Assembly: GCA_963814585.1 (NCBI GenBank)
Contig: CAWFDF010000008.1
Location: forward strand, 64,001-128,000
DNA from: an uncultured delta proteobacterium
GTDB taxonomy: Bacteria; Myxococcota; Myxococcia; Myxococcales; Anaeromyxobacteraceae
DNA: 64,000 nucleotides
Reading direction: 5' to 3'
Of this stretch, positions 13,286-26,174 are shown piece by piece (positions within the stretch are counted from its first letter, which is position 1; the number at the start of each line of letters is the position of its first letter). Both the position numbers and the translations under genes were made by a program. Below the pieces are notes generated by a model, which was given only the letters and a program-made list of their open reading frames with translations, was not told the origin of the DNA and searched no databases.

Positions 13286-14434
13286 TCAGTAGCCCAGGGT
13301 CCCGGGATCGGTCAACGACTCGATTCCCTCGCCGGGGGCGGCGCCTCGGCGGGGATCTCCCGGAGTCCCGGCGGCCGCCAGCTGCCCGCAGGCGGCGGCG
13401 ATGTCACTGCCGCGGTTCCTGCGAATGACCGCGGTGATGTTGCGGGCGATGAGGACGCGGTGGAAGGCCTCCACGCGCTCGGTCCCCGGCGCGCGGAAGC
13501 CCAGCCCCGGGTTGTCGTTGTACGGGATCAGGTTCACCTTGGCCGGGATCCCCGCCACCAGCCTCGCCAGCCGGACCGCGTCGGCGTCGGCGTCGTTCAC
13601 GCCCCCCAGCAGGACGTACTCGAAGGTGATGCGGCGTCCCGCCTTCAAGGGGAAGGCGCGGCAGGCCGCCAGCAGCTCGCCGATGGGCCAGCGCCGGTTG
13701 ATGGGCATGATGGCGTCGCGCTGGGCGTCGGTGGTGGCGTTGAGCGACACCGCCAGCTTCACCCGGGTCTCCTCCCCGAGCCGGCGCATCGCCGGCACCA
13801 GCCCGCTGGTCGAGACGGTGACGTGGCGATGGGAGAAGTTCGGGCCGTCCTCGTCGAGCAGCAGCTCCAGGGCGGCCTTGAGCCGATCGAAGTTGTGGAG
13901 CGGCTCGCCCATGCCCATGAAGACCAGGTTGGTGAGGGGGCGCGGCGCCGGCCCCTCCCCGAGCTCGACCAGCCGGCGGTTGGCCCGGTGGACCTGGTCG
14001 ACGATCTCCCCCGCGGTCAGGTGACGGACCAGCCCCATGGTGCCGGTCATGCAGAACGTGCAGCCCAGGGCGCAGCCCACCTGGGAGGAGACGCAGAGCG
14101 TCCGGCGGTCGGTCTCGGGCATGTAGACCGACTCGACCAGCCTCCCGTCCTCGGTCCGCCAGGTCCACTTGATGGTTCCGTCCGCCGATCGCAGCTCGCT
14201 GGCGCGCTCCAGGGAGGCCAGCCTGGTCCGCGCCGCCAGCGCCAGGCGCAGCGGCCTGGGCAGGTCGGTCATCTCGTCGAACGTGGCGGCGCCGTTCCGG
14301 TGAAGCCACCGGAAGAGCTGCCTGGCCCGGAACGGCTTCTCCCCCAGCTCCGCCACCAGCGCCGCCAGCTCGACCCGGGAGCTCGAGCGCAGGTCGGGGC
14401 GCGCGGCGCCCTGGCTCGCATGACTCCCACCCAT
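13286..14434 (-). CDS. rlmN: 23S rRNA/tRNA m2A methyltransferase RlmN
   Basis: CVSSQVGCALGCTFC, MGMGEP, VSTSG, FEYVLL, AACGQL; alternative GTG start at 14446. Confidence 0.97.
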   Translation of the reverse strand: MGGSHASQGAARPDLRSSSRVELAALVAELGEKPFRARQLFRWLHRNGAATFDEMTDLPRPLRLALAARTRLASLERASELRSADGTIKWTWRTEDGRLVESVYMPETDRRTLCVSSQVGCALGCTFCMTGTMGLVRHLTAGEIVDQVHRANRRLVELGEGPAPRPLTNLVFMGMGEPLHNFDRLKAALELLLDEDGPNFSHRHVTVSTSGLVPAMRRLGEETRVKLAVSLNATTDAQRDAIMPINRRWPIGELLAACRAFPLKAGRRITFEYVLLGGVNDADADAVRLARLVAGIPAKVNLIPYNDNPGLGFRAPGTERVEAFHRVLIARNITAVIRRNRGSDIAAACGQLAAAGTPGDPRRGAAPGEGIESLTDPGTLGY

Positions 14435-14442
14435 CGGGACGC

Positions 14443-15813
14443 TCACGAGACCGCCGCCTGGCGTCCCGGGCGCGGCTCCGGCGCCGGCGAGGCCCCGGCG
14501 TCGCGCCGGGCGATCTCCACGCGCGTCACCCGCCGCTCGTCCCCGCCGCGGACCGTGAAGGCCAGCCCCTCCCAGGTGAAGACCGATCCGACCGGCGGGA
14601 CCCGCCCGACGGAGGCGGTGACGAATCCGCCCAGGGTCTCGTAGTCCCCTTCCTCCGGGAAGTGCACCTCGGGCGGCGCGGCCCCGGCCGCCGCGGCCTG
14701 GCCGTTCAGGTACTCCTCCAGGTCGTGGAGCGGGATGGTGGCCTCGGCCAGCCAGACCCCCTCCCCCACCGCCTTGACCGGCGCCGCCTCGGTGTCGCCC
14801 TCGTCCTGGATCTCGCCGACGATCTCCTCCAGCACGTCCTCCAGCGTGACGATGCCGCTGGTGCCGCCGAACTCGTCCACCACGATGGCGAGGTGGACGT
14901 GGCGCCGCTGCATCTCCTTGAGCAGGCGGGAGATCTTCATCTGCTCGGGCACGAAGAAGGCGGGCTTCAGGTGCCCGTCGAGCCCGACCGCCTGGATCGG
15001 CCCCCGCCGCAGCTCCAGGACGATCTCGCGGACCATGAGGATGCCGACGATGTTGTCGATCGTCCCCTGGAACACCGGCATGCGGCTGTAGGGGTTCTCG
15101 GTGACGATGCGGGTCAGCTCCTCGGGCGGCGCGTCGCGGTCGATGGCCACCACGCGGGTCCGGGGGACCATGATCTCCTTCACCACCCGGTCGGCGAACT
15201 CCAGGACGCTGTTGAGCAGCTCCTCCTTCACCTCGTCCAGGACGCCCTCCCGGGTCCCCATCTCGATGAGGTACTCGATCTCCTCGCTGGTGACCGGGGG
15301 CGTGGCGGACGAGGCCCCCCGTCCGAAGAGGCGCATGAACCCGGAGGCGGCGCGCGAGGTGGCGGCGGTGAGCGGCCACATCAGCCAGGTGAGCAGCCGC
15401 ACCAGCGGGATGGTGGCGAGCACCAGGTGCACGGGGCGACGCTTGGCCAGCGTCTTGGGGACGATCTCGCCGAAGAAGAGGACCACCAGGGTGGTCAGGC
15501 CGGTGGCGGCGGCGACCGTGGTCCCCTCGCTCCAGCCCGGGTGCCCGGAGACCAGGTCGGAGGCGACCGCGGCCGAGAGGGCGCCGATACCGATGTTGGC
15601 GAGGGTGTTTCCGATGAGGAGCGTCGAGAGGACCCGCTCCGGCTGCTCGATCCAGATGGAGAGGAAGCGGGCCCTGGGACCGCCGCCCTCCCGGAGCTGC
15701 CGGGACCGGGCCTCGCCCAGGGCGGTCAGGCCGGTCTCCGACGACGAGAAGAAGGCCGAGGCCACCAGGAAGGCCAGCCCCAACACCCACTTCCAGGTCT
15801 CGACGGCACTCAC
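14443..15813 (-). CDS. Hemolysin-family CNNM/CBS/CorC-HlyC membrane protein
   Basis: SAFFSSSETGL, FGEIVPK, YSRMPV, VVDEFGGTSGIVTLEDVLEEIVGEI, YETLGG. Confidence 0.93.
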   Translation of the reverse strand: MSAVETWKWVLGLAFLVASAFFSSSETGLTALGEARSRQLREGGGPRARFLSIWIEQPERVLSTLLIGNTLANIGIGALSAAVASDLVSGHPGWSEGTTVAAATGLTTLVVLFFGEIVPKTLAKRRPVHLVLATIPLVRLLTWLMWPLTAATSRAASGFMRLFGRGASSATPPVTSEEIEYLIEMGTREGVLDEVKEELLNSVLEFADRVVKEIMVPRTRVVAIDRDAPPEELTRIVTENPYSRMPVFQGTIDNIVGILMVREIVLELRRGPIQAVGLDGHLKPAFFVPEQMKISRLLKEMQRRHVHLAIVVDEFGGTSGIVTLEDVLEEIVGEIQDEGDTEAAPVKAVGEGVWLAEATIPLHDLEEYLNGQAAAAGAAPPEVHFPEEGDYETLGGFVTASVGRVPPVGSVFTWEGLAFTVRGGDERRVTRVEIARRDAGASPAPEPRPGRQAAVS

Positions 15814-15944
15814 GGCCCTGCGCCTCCAGAAACGACGATGCCCGCCCCGGGACCGGGACGGGCAAGGCCACTCTACACCGACCGCGTCCCCGACGGGTCA
15901 CCCGTTCGGGTCCTGGAATGGAAACCAGGAGTGACGCCGGCTGG

Positions 15945-16388
15945 TTACTTCAGTTTCTTCCACTCGTAGGCGTGGACCTGGACCTCCGGGAAGAAGTAGG
16001 ACACCTCGATCCTGGCGTTCTCGGCGCTGTCCGACCCGTGGACCGTGTTCTTCTCGATGTCGGTGGCGAAGTCCTTGCGGATGGTGCCGTCGGCCGCCTT
16101 CTTCGGGTCGGTGGCGCCCATGATCTCGCGGTTCTTGACGACCGCGTCCTCGCCCTCGAGCACCATCAGCACCACCGGTCCGCTGGTCATGAAGGTGACG
16201 AGATCGTTGAAGAAAGGGCGAGCCCTGTGGACGGCGTAGAAGCCCTCGGCTTCGCGCCTGGACAGGTGGGCGAACCGGATGGCGATGGGCTTGAGACCGT
16301 TGGACTCGAAGCGGGAGATGATCTTTCCGATGATCCCCTTCTCGACGCCGTCCGGCTTGATGATGGACAGGGTGCGTTCAGTGGCCAT
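15945..16388 (-). CDS. ndk: Nucleoside diphosphate kinase
   Basis: [26 protein letters not shown]. Confidence 0.99.
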   Translation of the reverse strand: MATERTLSIIKPDGVEKGIIGKIISRFESNGLKPIAIRFAHLSRREAEGFYAVHRARPFFNDLVTFMTSGPVVLMVLEGEDAVVKNREIMGATDPKKAADGTIRKDFATDIEKNTVHGSDSAENARIEVSYFFPEVQVHAYEWKKLK

Positions 16389-16464
16389 GTGCTGCTCCTC
16401 CTCAGGTGCGATGGGCCGGCGGTGGGGGTTCCCCGCTCCGCCGGCCCGTGATGGGATGGTACGG

Positions 16465-17497
16465 CTACGCCTTCTTCCGGGCGGCCCGGGACGAACTGGC
16501 CGCCTTGGCCGGTGCCTTGGCCGGTGCCTTGGCCGCCGCCTTGACCGGCGCCTTGACCGGCGCCGGCCTGGCGCCAGGCTTCGGGCCAGGGCTGGCCACC
16601 GCCGCCGCGGGCGCCTTGCCCCCCTTGCCGAGCCGCTCCTTCATCACCTTGCCGAGCACGTGAGGTCCCTCACAGACGGTGATGCCGGCCTCGCGCATGG
16701 CGGCGATCTTGGCCTCGGCCGTGCCCGAGCCGCCGGAGATGACGGCGCCGGCATGGCCCATGCGCTTCCCCGGGGGGCGGTGCGGCCGGCGATGAAGCCG
16801 ACGACCGGCTTCGTCATGTGGTCGCGCACGAAGGCGGCGCCCTGCTCCTCCTCGGTGCCGCCGATCTCGCCGATCATGATGACCGCATCGGTCTCCGGGT
16901 CCCTCTCGAACTCCCGGAGCACGTCGATGAAGTCCGTCCCGTGGACCGGGTCGCCGCCGATCCCGACCGCGGTCGACTGCCCCAGCCCCAGGTCGGAGAG
17001 CTGCTTGACCGCCTCGTAGGTGAGCGTTCCCGACCTCGAGACCACGCCGATGCGCCCGGGCCTGTGGATGTGGCCCGGCATGATGCCGATCTTGCACTGA
17101 TCGGGGTGATCAGCCCCGGGCAGTTGGGCCCGACGAGCCGGACCTCGGGATGGCCGGCCAGGTACTTCCTCACCTTCACCATGTCGAGGATGGGGATCCC
17201 CTCGGTGATGCAGACCACCAGCGGGATGCCGGCCTCGGCGGCCTCGATGATGGAGTCGGCGGCGAATGGCGGCGGGACGAAGATGGCCGATGCGTTGGCG
17301 CCCGTCCCCTTCACCGCGTCCTGGACGGTCTGGAAGATGGGCACCGTTCCGTGGAACTTGCTGCCGCCGCGGCCCGGGGTGACGCCAGCCACCAGCTTCG
17401 TGCCATAGGCCAGCATCTGCTCCGAGTGGAAGCTGCCGGCGGAGCCGGTGATGCCCTGGACGAGGAGGCGGGTGTTCCTGTCGACGAGGATGCTCAT
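16465..17497 (-). CDS. sucD: Succinyl-CoA synthetase alpha subunit (apparent frameshifts near 17100 and 16775) with Ala/Lys/Pro-rich tail
   Basis: [50 protein letters not shown]. Confidence 0.95.
16502..16564. repeat. About five imperfect 12-bp tandem repeats encoding KAPA/KAPV in the SucD tail
   Basis: gccttggccggt / gccttgaccggc units. Confidence 0.8.
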
Positions 17498-17528
17498 GGT
17501 CGTTCTCCGATCGATCGGGGCGCGGTGA

Positions 17529-18695
<1,167 letters not shown>

Positions 18696-18944
18696 GGTGG
18701 TTGCTCGCTCGGCGCCTGGCTCATCTCCCAGTCCTGATGGGCCGAAGCCCACCGCCCTGAGCCGCCCGTCGCCGGTGGATCACCCACCGGGTGACCGTCG
18801 AGGAGCCGTCCTGGGTTGATGGCACGTGCGCCCGTGGAGTTGCCATTCTCCCTCGCCGGCTTCGGGGCGGCCGGCGAAGGTCCTGCGGGTTGGCGTTGTA
18901 TACCTCCGTGGCGGGCGCTTGGCGACAGTCCTGACCGCGACGCC

Positions 18945-20258
<1,314 letters not shown>

Positions 20259-20419
20259 CGTTCGGACCTCGGGTGTTCAGGAAGAATCCGGAGCGAACCT
20301 GTTACCACCCACGCCCGGGGGAGTAAAGGTGAACTCCAATGGAGGTATCCGAAATTCATAGGGATTTTACGGACCCGTGCGGTCGACATTCCAGTCGACG
20401 GGGCCTCGCCCGGCCGCGC

Positions 20420-21094
20420 TCAGCCGGCCGGACGCCGCACCGCGTCAGCATAGGAACTCAAGTGAAGACCCGCGCTTTCCACCAGGGCGCGCACCCGGGG
20501 GCTCACCAGGGCCTCCAGCTCGACCTCCCGCTCCACCCCGAAGCTGGTCTGGACGTGGCTGGGGCGGTACCCGGGGTGCACCATCAGCTCGGTCGTTCCA
20601 TCCTCGATCCGCTGCAGCGCCTCCAGCAACCGCGCCTCCGTCCAGGCCGGGCGCGCGGAGGCATCCCCGACGAAGGCGTCGCTGGTCATGACGCCGGCCC
20701 GCCTCAGCGCCGCGCGCATGGCGGCGTCGATGGCCCGCACCGGGAAGCGGCCGGCCGTCGCCACCCGCACCATGGCGGTGAACGGGCCGGGCGCCGCGTG
20801 GGCGTGGCGGTGGCTGTCGAGGTGGCTGGGCGGCCGGCCGCGGAGCTCGGTGAAGCGGGCCACCTGACGCTCCAGCAGGGCCTCGGCCTGGTCCGCGTCG
20901 AGGCCCGGGGGCAGGACCGCGTGCAGCCCGACCGCGAGCGACGCCGGGGCGGCCCGCAGCGCGGCCTCGGCGAACGGCGTCTCCACCATGGCCGTGGCCG
21001 AGCGGACGATCCCGCGGGCGTGGGCCTGGAGGATGCCGCGATCGATCTCGGGGTCGTAGCCCAGGTCGTCGGCGTTGACGATCAGCCTGCGCAT
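20420..21094 (-). CDS. ChbG/YdjC-family deacetylase
   Basis: LIVNADDLG, VGLH, HLDSHRHAH, ELMVHPG. Confidence 0.9.
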   Translation of the reverse strand: MRRLIVNADDLGYDPEIDRGILQAHARGIVRSATAMVETPFAEAALRAAPASLAVGLHAVLPPGLDADQAEALLERQVARFTELRGRPPSHLDSHRHAHAAPGPFTAMVRVATAGRFPVRAIDAAMRAALRRAGVMTSDAFVGDASARPAWTEARLLEALQRIEDGTTELMVHPGYRPSHVQTSFGVEREVELEALVSPRVRALVESAGLHLSSYADAVRRPAG

Positions 21095-21099
21095 GCCGC

Positions 21100-21783
21100 T
21101 CAGCGGCGGGCCGGCGGGCGCGGCGTCATGGCGCGCGGCTCGACGGCGAAGTCGTAGATCGACTCGAGCCGGACGTTCCGGTACCGCTCCACCTTGAAGG
21201 CCATGCGCGAGAGCGTGGCCAGGAAGGGCCCCGGGTCCAGCCCTCCGGCCTTGCCGGCCGCCTTCCGGAGCCGCCTCACCTCGGCCAGGATCAGCGTCCG
21301 CGCCTCCCGCGGGTGGTAGAGGAACGCGCCGGAGAACACCAGCCTCCCCTCGTAGGGGAGCAGCCGCGCCTCCAGCAGGTCTCCCCGCTCCAGGCCGGCG
21401 ACCTGGCGCCGCTCCGCCACGTCGAGCACCTCGCCGGCGAAGACGTCGGCCACCCGGACCACGCCCGGCTGCAGCCGCCTGACCTCGAAGAGGCCGCGCC
21501 GCTGGGCCACCAGCCCCGCCACCGTGGCGTGGTCCTCGGCGGCCAGCGCGCCGCCCTCCTCGGCGATGAACCGCTCCAGCGTGCTGGGCGCCATGGGGGC
21601 GGGCCGCCACTCGTAGAGGTAGAAGTCGAGCATGCCGTTCATCCGGCGCTCGTACGACTGGTCCTCCTCGTGCGGCTCCCCGTAGCGCCCGAAGTGGTCG
21701 GCACGGGCCGCCAGCAGGTCGGCCTGGCGCGGAGCCGCCGTCGCCCACGCCAGGAACCGCTCGTGCAGCTCGGGCAGCGTCAT
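21100..21783 (-). CDS. Conserved-looking hypothetical protein
   Basis: [13 protein letters not shown]...; ATGA overlap with carA stop; GC3-rich. Confidence 0.75.
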   Translation of the reverse strand: MTLPELHERFLAWATAAPRQADLLAARADHFGRYGEPHEEDQSYERRMNGMLDFYLYEWRPAPMAPSTLERFIAEEGGALAAEDHATVAGLVAQRRGLFEVRRLQPGVVRVADVFAGEVLDVAERRQVAGLERGDLLEARLLPYEGRLVFSGAFLYHPREARTLILAEVRRLRKAAGKAGGLDPGPFLATLSRMAFKVERYRNVRLESIYDFAVEPRAMTPRPPARR

Positions 21784-22905
21784 CGCGCCGGACGCTCCAT
21801 CATCCCCACGAACCGGCCGAAGAGCGAGCGGGCGTCGTGGGGCCCGGGGGCCGCCTCCGGGTGGTACTGGACGCTGAAGGCGGGCACGTCGAGCGCCTCG
21901 ATCCCCTCCACCGTCCCGTCGTTGAGGTTGACGTGGGTGACCCGGGCGCGCCGGCCCAGCGACTGGTCGTCCACGGCGAAGCCGTGGTTCTGGACCGTGA
22001 TGTCCACCTTGCCGGTGGCGAGATCCTTGACCGGCTGGTTGGCGCCACGGTGACCGAACTTGAGCTTGTAGGTGCGGGCGCCGAGCGCCAGGGAGAGGAT
22101 CTCGGTGACCCAGGCAGATGCCGAACACCGGCACCTTGCCGAGCAGCGCCGCCACCGTCTCCCTGGCACCTTCCACCGCCGCCGGATCGCCCGGGCCGTT
22201 GGTGAGGAAGACGCCGTCGGGCTTCAGGGCCAGCGCGTCGGCCGAGGTGGTTCGGCCCGGCACCACGGTGATGCGGCAGCCCTGCTCCGCCAGCAGCCGG
22301 AGCATGGCGCGCTTCAGCCCCCAGTCGTAGGCGACCACGTGGAAGCGCGGCGACCGGACCTCGCCCCGCCCCGCCTCGGTCCAGGCGTCGGCCCCGGTCT
22401 CGCGCCACTCGTAGCGGCTGGGCGTCGAGATGCGGGTGGCGAGGTCCTGCCCCTCCATCCCGGGCAGGGCCCGGGCCCGCTCGACCAGCGCGGCGGCGCT
22501 GCCCGTGCTGGAGATGATCCCCATCTGCGCGCCCTGGGTCCTCAGGTGGCGGACCAGCCGGCGGGTGTCGATCCCCACCAGGCCGACCACCCCGTGGCGC
22601 CTCAGGTAGGCGTCCAGCCCCTCCTGGGCCCGGAAGCTGGACGGCAGCTCGGCGTGGTGGCGGGCGATGAAGCCAGTGGCATGGACCCGGGCCGACTCGT
22701 CGTCGGCGACGTTGCACCCGTAGTTCCCCTGCTCCGGGTAGGTCATGCAGACCATCTGTCCGACGTAGGACGGGTCGGTGAGGATCTCCTGGTACCCGGT
22801 GAGCGAGGTGTTGAAGACGACCTCGCCACGGGCCTCGCCGGAGGCGCCGAAGGCGGTGCCCTCGAAGGTGGCGCCATCCGCCAGCGCCAGGATGGCCCTG
22901 GTCAT
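21780..22905 (-). CDS. carA: Carbamoyl-phosphate synthase small subunit (apparent frameshift near 22105)
   Basis: [55 protein letters not shown]. Confidence 0.96.
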
Positions 22906-24203
22906 CGCGGCTCCTCGCCGCCCGCGTGGACCAGCCGCCCGCCGACGATGGCGTGCGTGCAGCGCCCGGTCAGGCGCCGCCCCTTCCACGGGGAGTTGGT
23001 GCTCCTGGAGTGCAGGCTCTCCGCGGTGCAGAGCCACTCGGCGGCCGGATCGAGGATGGCCACGTCGGCCGGGGCGCCCCGGGCCAGCGTGCCTCCGGGC
23101 AGGCGGAAGGCCCGGGCCGGCGCCACGGTCAACGCCTCGACGAGCCGCCTCTCGGTGATCCGGCCCGCCCTGGCCAGGGCCAGGCAGACCGGGAAGGCGG
23201 TCTCCAGCCCGACGATGCCGTTCAAGGCGGCGTCGAACTCCAGCGCCTTCTCCACCGGCGAGTGCGGCGCGTGGTCGGTGGCGATGCAATCGAGGGTGCC
23301 ATCGGCCAGGCCGGCCACGCAGGCCTCCACGTCGGCCGCCGAGCGGAGCGGCGGGCACATCTTGAAGTCGGTGGAGTACCCCGAGGCGGCCAGGTCCTCG
23401 TCGGTGAGCGAGAGGTGGTGCGGCGTCACCTCGGCGGTGACCGCCAGCCCCCGCGCCTTGGCGTCTCGAACCGCCCGCACGGTGCCGGCCGACGAGGCGT
23501 GGGCGATGTGGACCCGCCCCCCGGTCAGCTCGGCCAGCGCGATGTCGCGCAGCACCATCACCTCCTCGGCCTGCCCGGGGATCCCCTTGAGGCCGAGGCG
23601 CGTGGAGGCCGCCCCCTCGTGCATCACGCCCTTTCCCGCCAGCGCCAGGTCCTCCTCGTGGACCGTGAGCGGCAGGTCGAAGGCCCGGGCGTACTCCAGC
23701 GCCCGCCTCATCAGCGACGAGGAGCTCACGGGCAGGCCGTCGTCGGAGAGGGCCACGCAGCCCCCGGCCTTGAGCTCGCCGTACTCGGCCAGCTCCTCAC
23801 CGCTGGAGCCCCTGGAGATGCAGCCGCACGGGTAGACCCGGGCCAGCCCGGCCGCGGCCGCCCGCGCCAGGATCAGCTCGGTGACGGCCAGGGTGTCGTT
23901 GACCGGCCTGGTGTTGGGCATGCAGACGATGGAGGTGAAGCCGCCGGCCACCGCCGCCCGGGCCCCGGTCGCGACCGTCTCCTTGTACTCCTGCCCCGGC
24001 TCGCGCAGGTGCACGTGCAGGTCGATGAAGCCGGGCGTCACCCAGCGGCCGCGAGCGTCGATGAGGGTGGCGCCGGCGACGCGCTCGGCGCGCTCCGCCA
24101 CCTCGGCCACCTTCCCGTCGCGCAGCACCACCGTCCGGACCGCGTCGACACCCGAGGCCGGGTCGATGACCCGCCCGCCTTCGATGATGATCACGTTGCT
24201 CAC
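22902..24203 (-). CDS. pyrC: Dihydroorotase
   Basis: DLHVHLREPG, MPNT, EVTPHHL, KMCPPLR, ATDHAPH. Confidence 0.97.
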   Translation of the reverse strand: MSNVIIIEGGRVIDPASGVDAVRTVVLRDGKVAEVAERAERVAGATLIDARGRWVTPGFIDLHVHLREPGQEYKETVATGARAAVAGGFTSIVCMPNTRPVNDTLAVTELILARAAAAGLARVYPCGCISRGSSGEELAEYGELKAGGCVALSDDGLPVSSSSLMRRALEYARAFDLPLTVHEEDLALAGKGVMHEGAASTRLGLKGIPGQAEEVMVLRDIALAELTGGRVHIAHASSAGTVRAVRDAKARGLAVTAEVTPHHLSLTDEDLAASGYSTDFKMCPPLRSAADVEACVAGLADGTLDCIATDHAPHSPVEKALEFDAALNGIVGLETAFPVCLALARAGRITERRLVEALTVAPARAFRLPGGTLARGAPADVAILDPAAEWLCTAESLHSRSTNSPWKGRRLTGRCTHAIVGGRLVHAGGEEPR

Positions 24204-25141
24204 GCCTTGGCCTCCGCGGGATCGCCGCCGGCGAGGAGGTAGAGGATCGCCATCCGGACCGCGACCCCGTTCTGGACCTGGTCGAGGATGACGCTGTGGG
24301 GGCCGTCGGCGACGTCGGGGGAGAGCTCGACGCCGCGGTTGATGGGGCCGGGGTGGAGGATGAGCGCGGACGGCGTGAGCCAGTCCCTGGCCTTCTTGGC
24401 GTTCAGGCCCCAGAGCTTGGAGTACTCGCGGGTGTTGGGGATGAGCGGGTCGCCGATCCGCTCGTGCTGGATGCGGAGCATGACCACCGCGTCGGCCCCC
24501 TCGACGGCAGTGCGCAGGTCGTGGGTGACGGTGCAGCCCAGCTGCTCGACGCCGGCCGGAATCATGGTGGGCGGGCCGCAGAGGCGGACCCTGGTGCCCA
24601 GCTTGGTGAAGGCGTGGAGGTCGGAGCGGGCCACGCGGCTGTGGCTGATGTCGCCCACGATGGCGAGCGTCCTCCCCTCCAGCGTCCCCAGCCTCTCGCG
24701 GATGGTGAAGCAGTCGAGCAGCCCCTGGCTGGGGTGCTCGTGGGCGCCGTCGCCGGCCGAGACCACGGCGCAGGCGACGTGCTCGGACACCAGCCGCGGC
24801 GCGCCGCTGGCCGAGTGGCGGATCACCAGCACGTCGGGGCGCATGGCCTCCAGGTTGCGGGCGGTGTCGACCAGGGTCTCGCCCTTGGTGACCGAGGAGC
24901 TGGCGGAGGTCCAGTTGAGGGCGTCGGCGGAGAGCACCTTGGCGGCGATCTCGAAGGAGCTGCGCGTCCGGGTGGAGGCCTCGAAGAAGAGGTTCACCAC
25001 CGACTTGCCCCGGAGGCTCGGCACCTTCTTGATCGGCCGCCGCAGCACCTCCTTCATGGAGACCGCCAGGTCGAGCACCAGCAGCAGCTCCTCCCTGGAG
25101 AAGTCCTCCAGCGCGATGCAGTGCTTCTGTCGGCCGATCAT
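24200..25141 (-). CDS. pyrB: Aspartate carbamoyltransferase catalytic subunit
   Basis: FFEASTRTRSSFE, HEHPSQ, SHSRVARS, LRIQHER, HPGPINRG. Confidence 0.98.
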   Translation of the reverse strand: MIGRQKHCIALEDFSREELLLVLDLAVSMKEVLRRPIKKVPSLRGKSVVNLFFEASTRTRSSFEIAAKVLSADALNWTSASSSVTKGETLVDTARNLEAMRPDVLVIRHSASGAPRLVSEHVACAVVSAGDGAHEHPSQGLLDCFTIRERLGTLEGRTLAIVGDISHSRVARSDLHAFTKLGTRVRLCGPPTMIPAGVEQLGCTVTHDLRTAVEGADAVVMLRIQHERIGDPLIPNTREYSKLWGLNAKKARDWLTPSALILHPGPINRGVELSPDVADGPHSVILDQVQNGVAVRMAILYLLAGGDPAEAKA

Positions 25142-25674
25142 CGCCCTCTCCTCGTGGTGACGACGACCGCGTCCTCGGCCGCCCCGTCCTCGCGCAGCGT
25201 CACCTGGACGTCCTGTCCGTCCGGCACGTCCAGCCTGGCCCCGGCGAAGTCGGCGGCGATGGGCAGCTCGTGGCCGCCACGGTCCACCAGGACCACCAGC
25301 CAGACCCGCCTGGGCCGGCCGAAGTCGACCAGCTCGTCGAGCGCGGCCCGCACGGTGCGACCGGTGTAGAGCACGTCGTCCACCAGCAGGACCGTCCTGC
25401 CCTCGAGGGGAAAGCGGATGTCGGTGGGTCCCACCACCGGGGCGGCCCCGCGGACGGCCAGGTCGTCGCGGTAGAGGGCGATGTCCAGCGTCCCCAGCGG
25501 CGGCTGATGACCCAGCCGCCTGGCCAGATCGGCCCGGAGCCGGGCCGCCAGGTGGACGCCGCCGCGACGGACGCCGACGATGGCCAGGCTGTCGGTCGCG
25601 CCGGCCTCGACGGCCCGCGCGGCGATCTCCTGGCCGAGCCTCGCCATGACCTGCTCGATGACCTGCGAGTTCAT
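25138..25674 (-). CDS. pyrR: PyrR bifunctional regulator/UPRTase
   Basis: LDIALYRDD, VDDVLYTGRTVRAAL, VDRGGHELPI. Confidence 0.93.
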   Translation of the reverse strand: MNSQVIEQVMARLGQEIAARAVEAGATDSLAIVGVRRGGVHLAARLRADLARRLGHQPPLGTLDIALYRDDLAVRGAAPVVGPTDIRFPLEGRTVLLVDDVLYTGRTVRAALDELVDFGRPRRVWLVVLVDRGGHELPIAADFAGARLDVPDGQDVQVTLREDGAAEDAVVVTTRRGR

Positions 25675-25694
25675 GCCTCCCCCACCGCCACCGC

Positions 25695-26156
25695 TCACCA
25701 CTTCACTGGCGAGATGTCCTGCTCCAACTCGATGGCAAAGGTCTTCTCGGTGAACCGATCGAGGATCGGGTAGTGAACGCTGGTGGTGTACTCGAAGGCG
25801 ATCCGCAGGGTCCGGGGCATGCTGTCGGCGTGGCGCTCCCAGGTCACGTCCTCGGGCCGCAGGTCGACCGCCGGCACCACCGAGATGGAACCGTCCGGCG
25901 CTGGCGACTTGACCGTCGCCAGCGCTCCCAGCTTCTCGCACAGCTGCGCCAGCAGCTGGACGTCATCGCGGTTGTTGACCGCCCGGTTGGCGAACTCGCC
26001 GGTCACCACGCCCACCTCGTAGCGCACGATGTAGATGGGCCCCCAGACCAGCGCCAGGTAGCCCCCGCCGACCAGCAGGAGCAGCAGCACCACGGTGACC
26101 CAGGAGATCTCCCCGCGCTCCAGGGAGCGCGGGCGAGGCGTGGCGGAGGCGTTCAT
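25695..26156 (-). CDS. Hypothetical membrane-anchored pilin-like protein (DUF4845-like position after lepB)
   Basis: RG-EISW followed by a hydrophobic helix; located after lepA-lepB. Confidence 0.65.
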   Translation of the reverse strand: MNASATPRPRSLERGEISWVTVVLLLLLVGGGYLALVWGPIYIVRYEVGVVTGEFANRAVNNRDDVQLLAQLCEKLGALATVKSPAPDGSISVVPAVDLRPEDVTWERHADSMPRTLRIAFEYTTSVHYPILDRFTEKTFAIELEQDISPVKW

Positions 26157-26174
26157 CGGGGATCGCTTGTACCC

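Noticed and set aside
11527..15901. Apparent fusions in the ORF track (pfkB-phosphoesterase, extended rlmN; likewise carA-hypothetical and extended dnaE2/lepB)
   Set aside because: Produced by indels or stop-poor upstream frames; each gene has its own start
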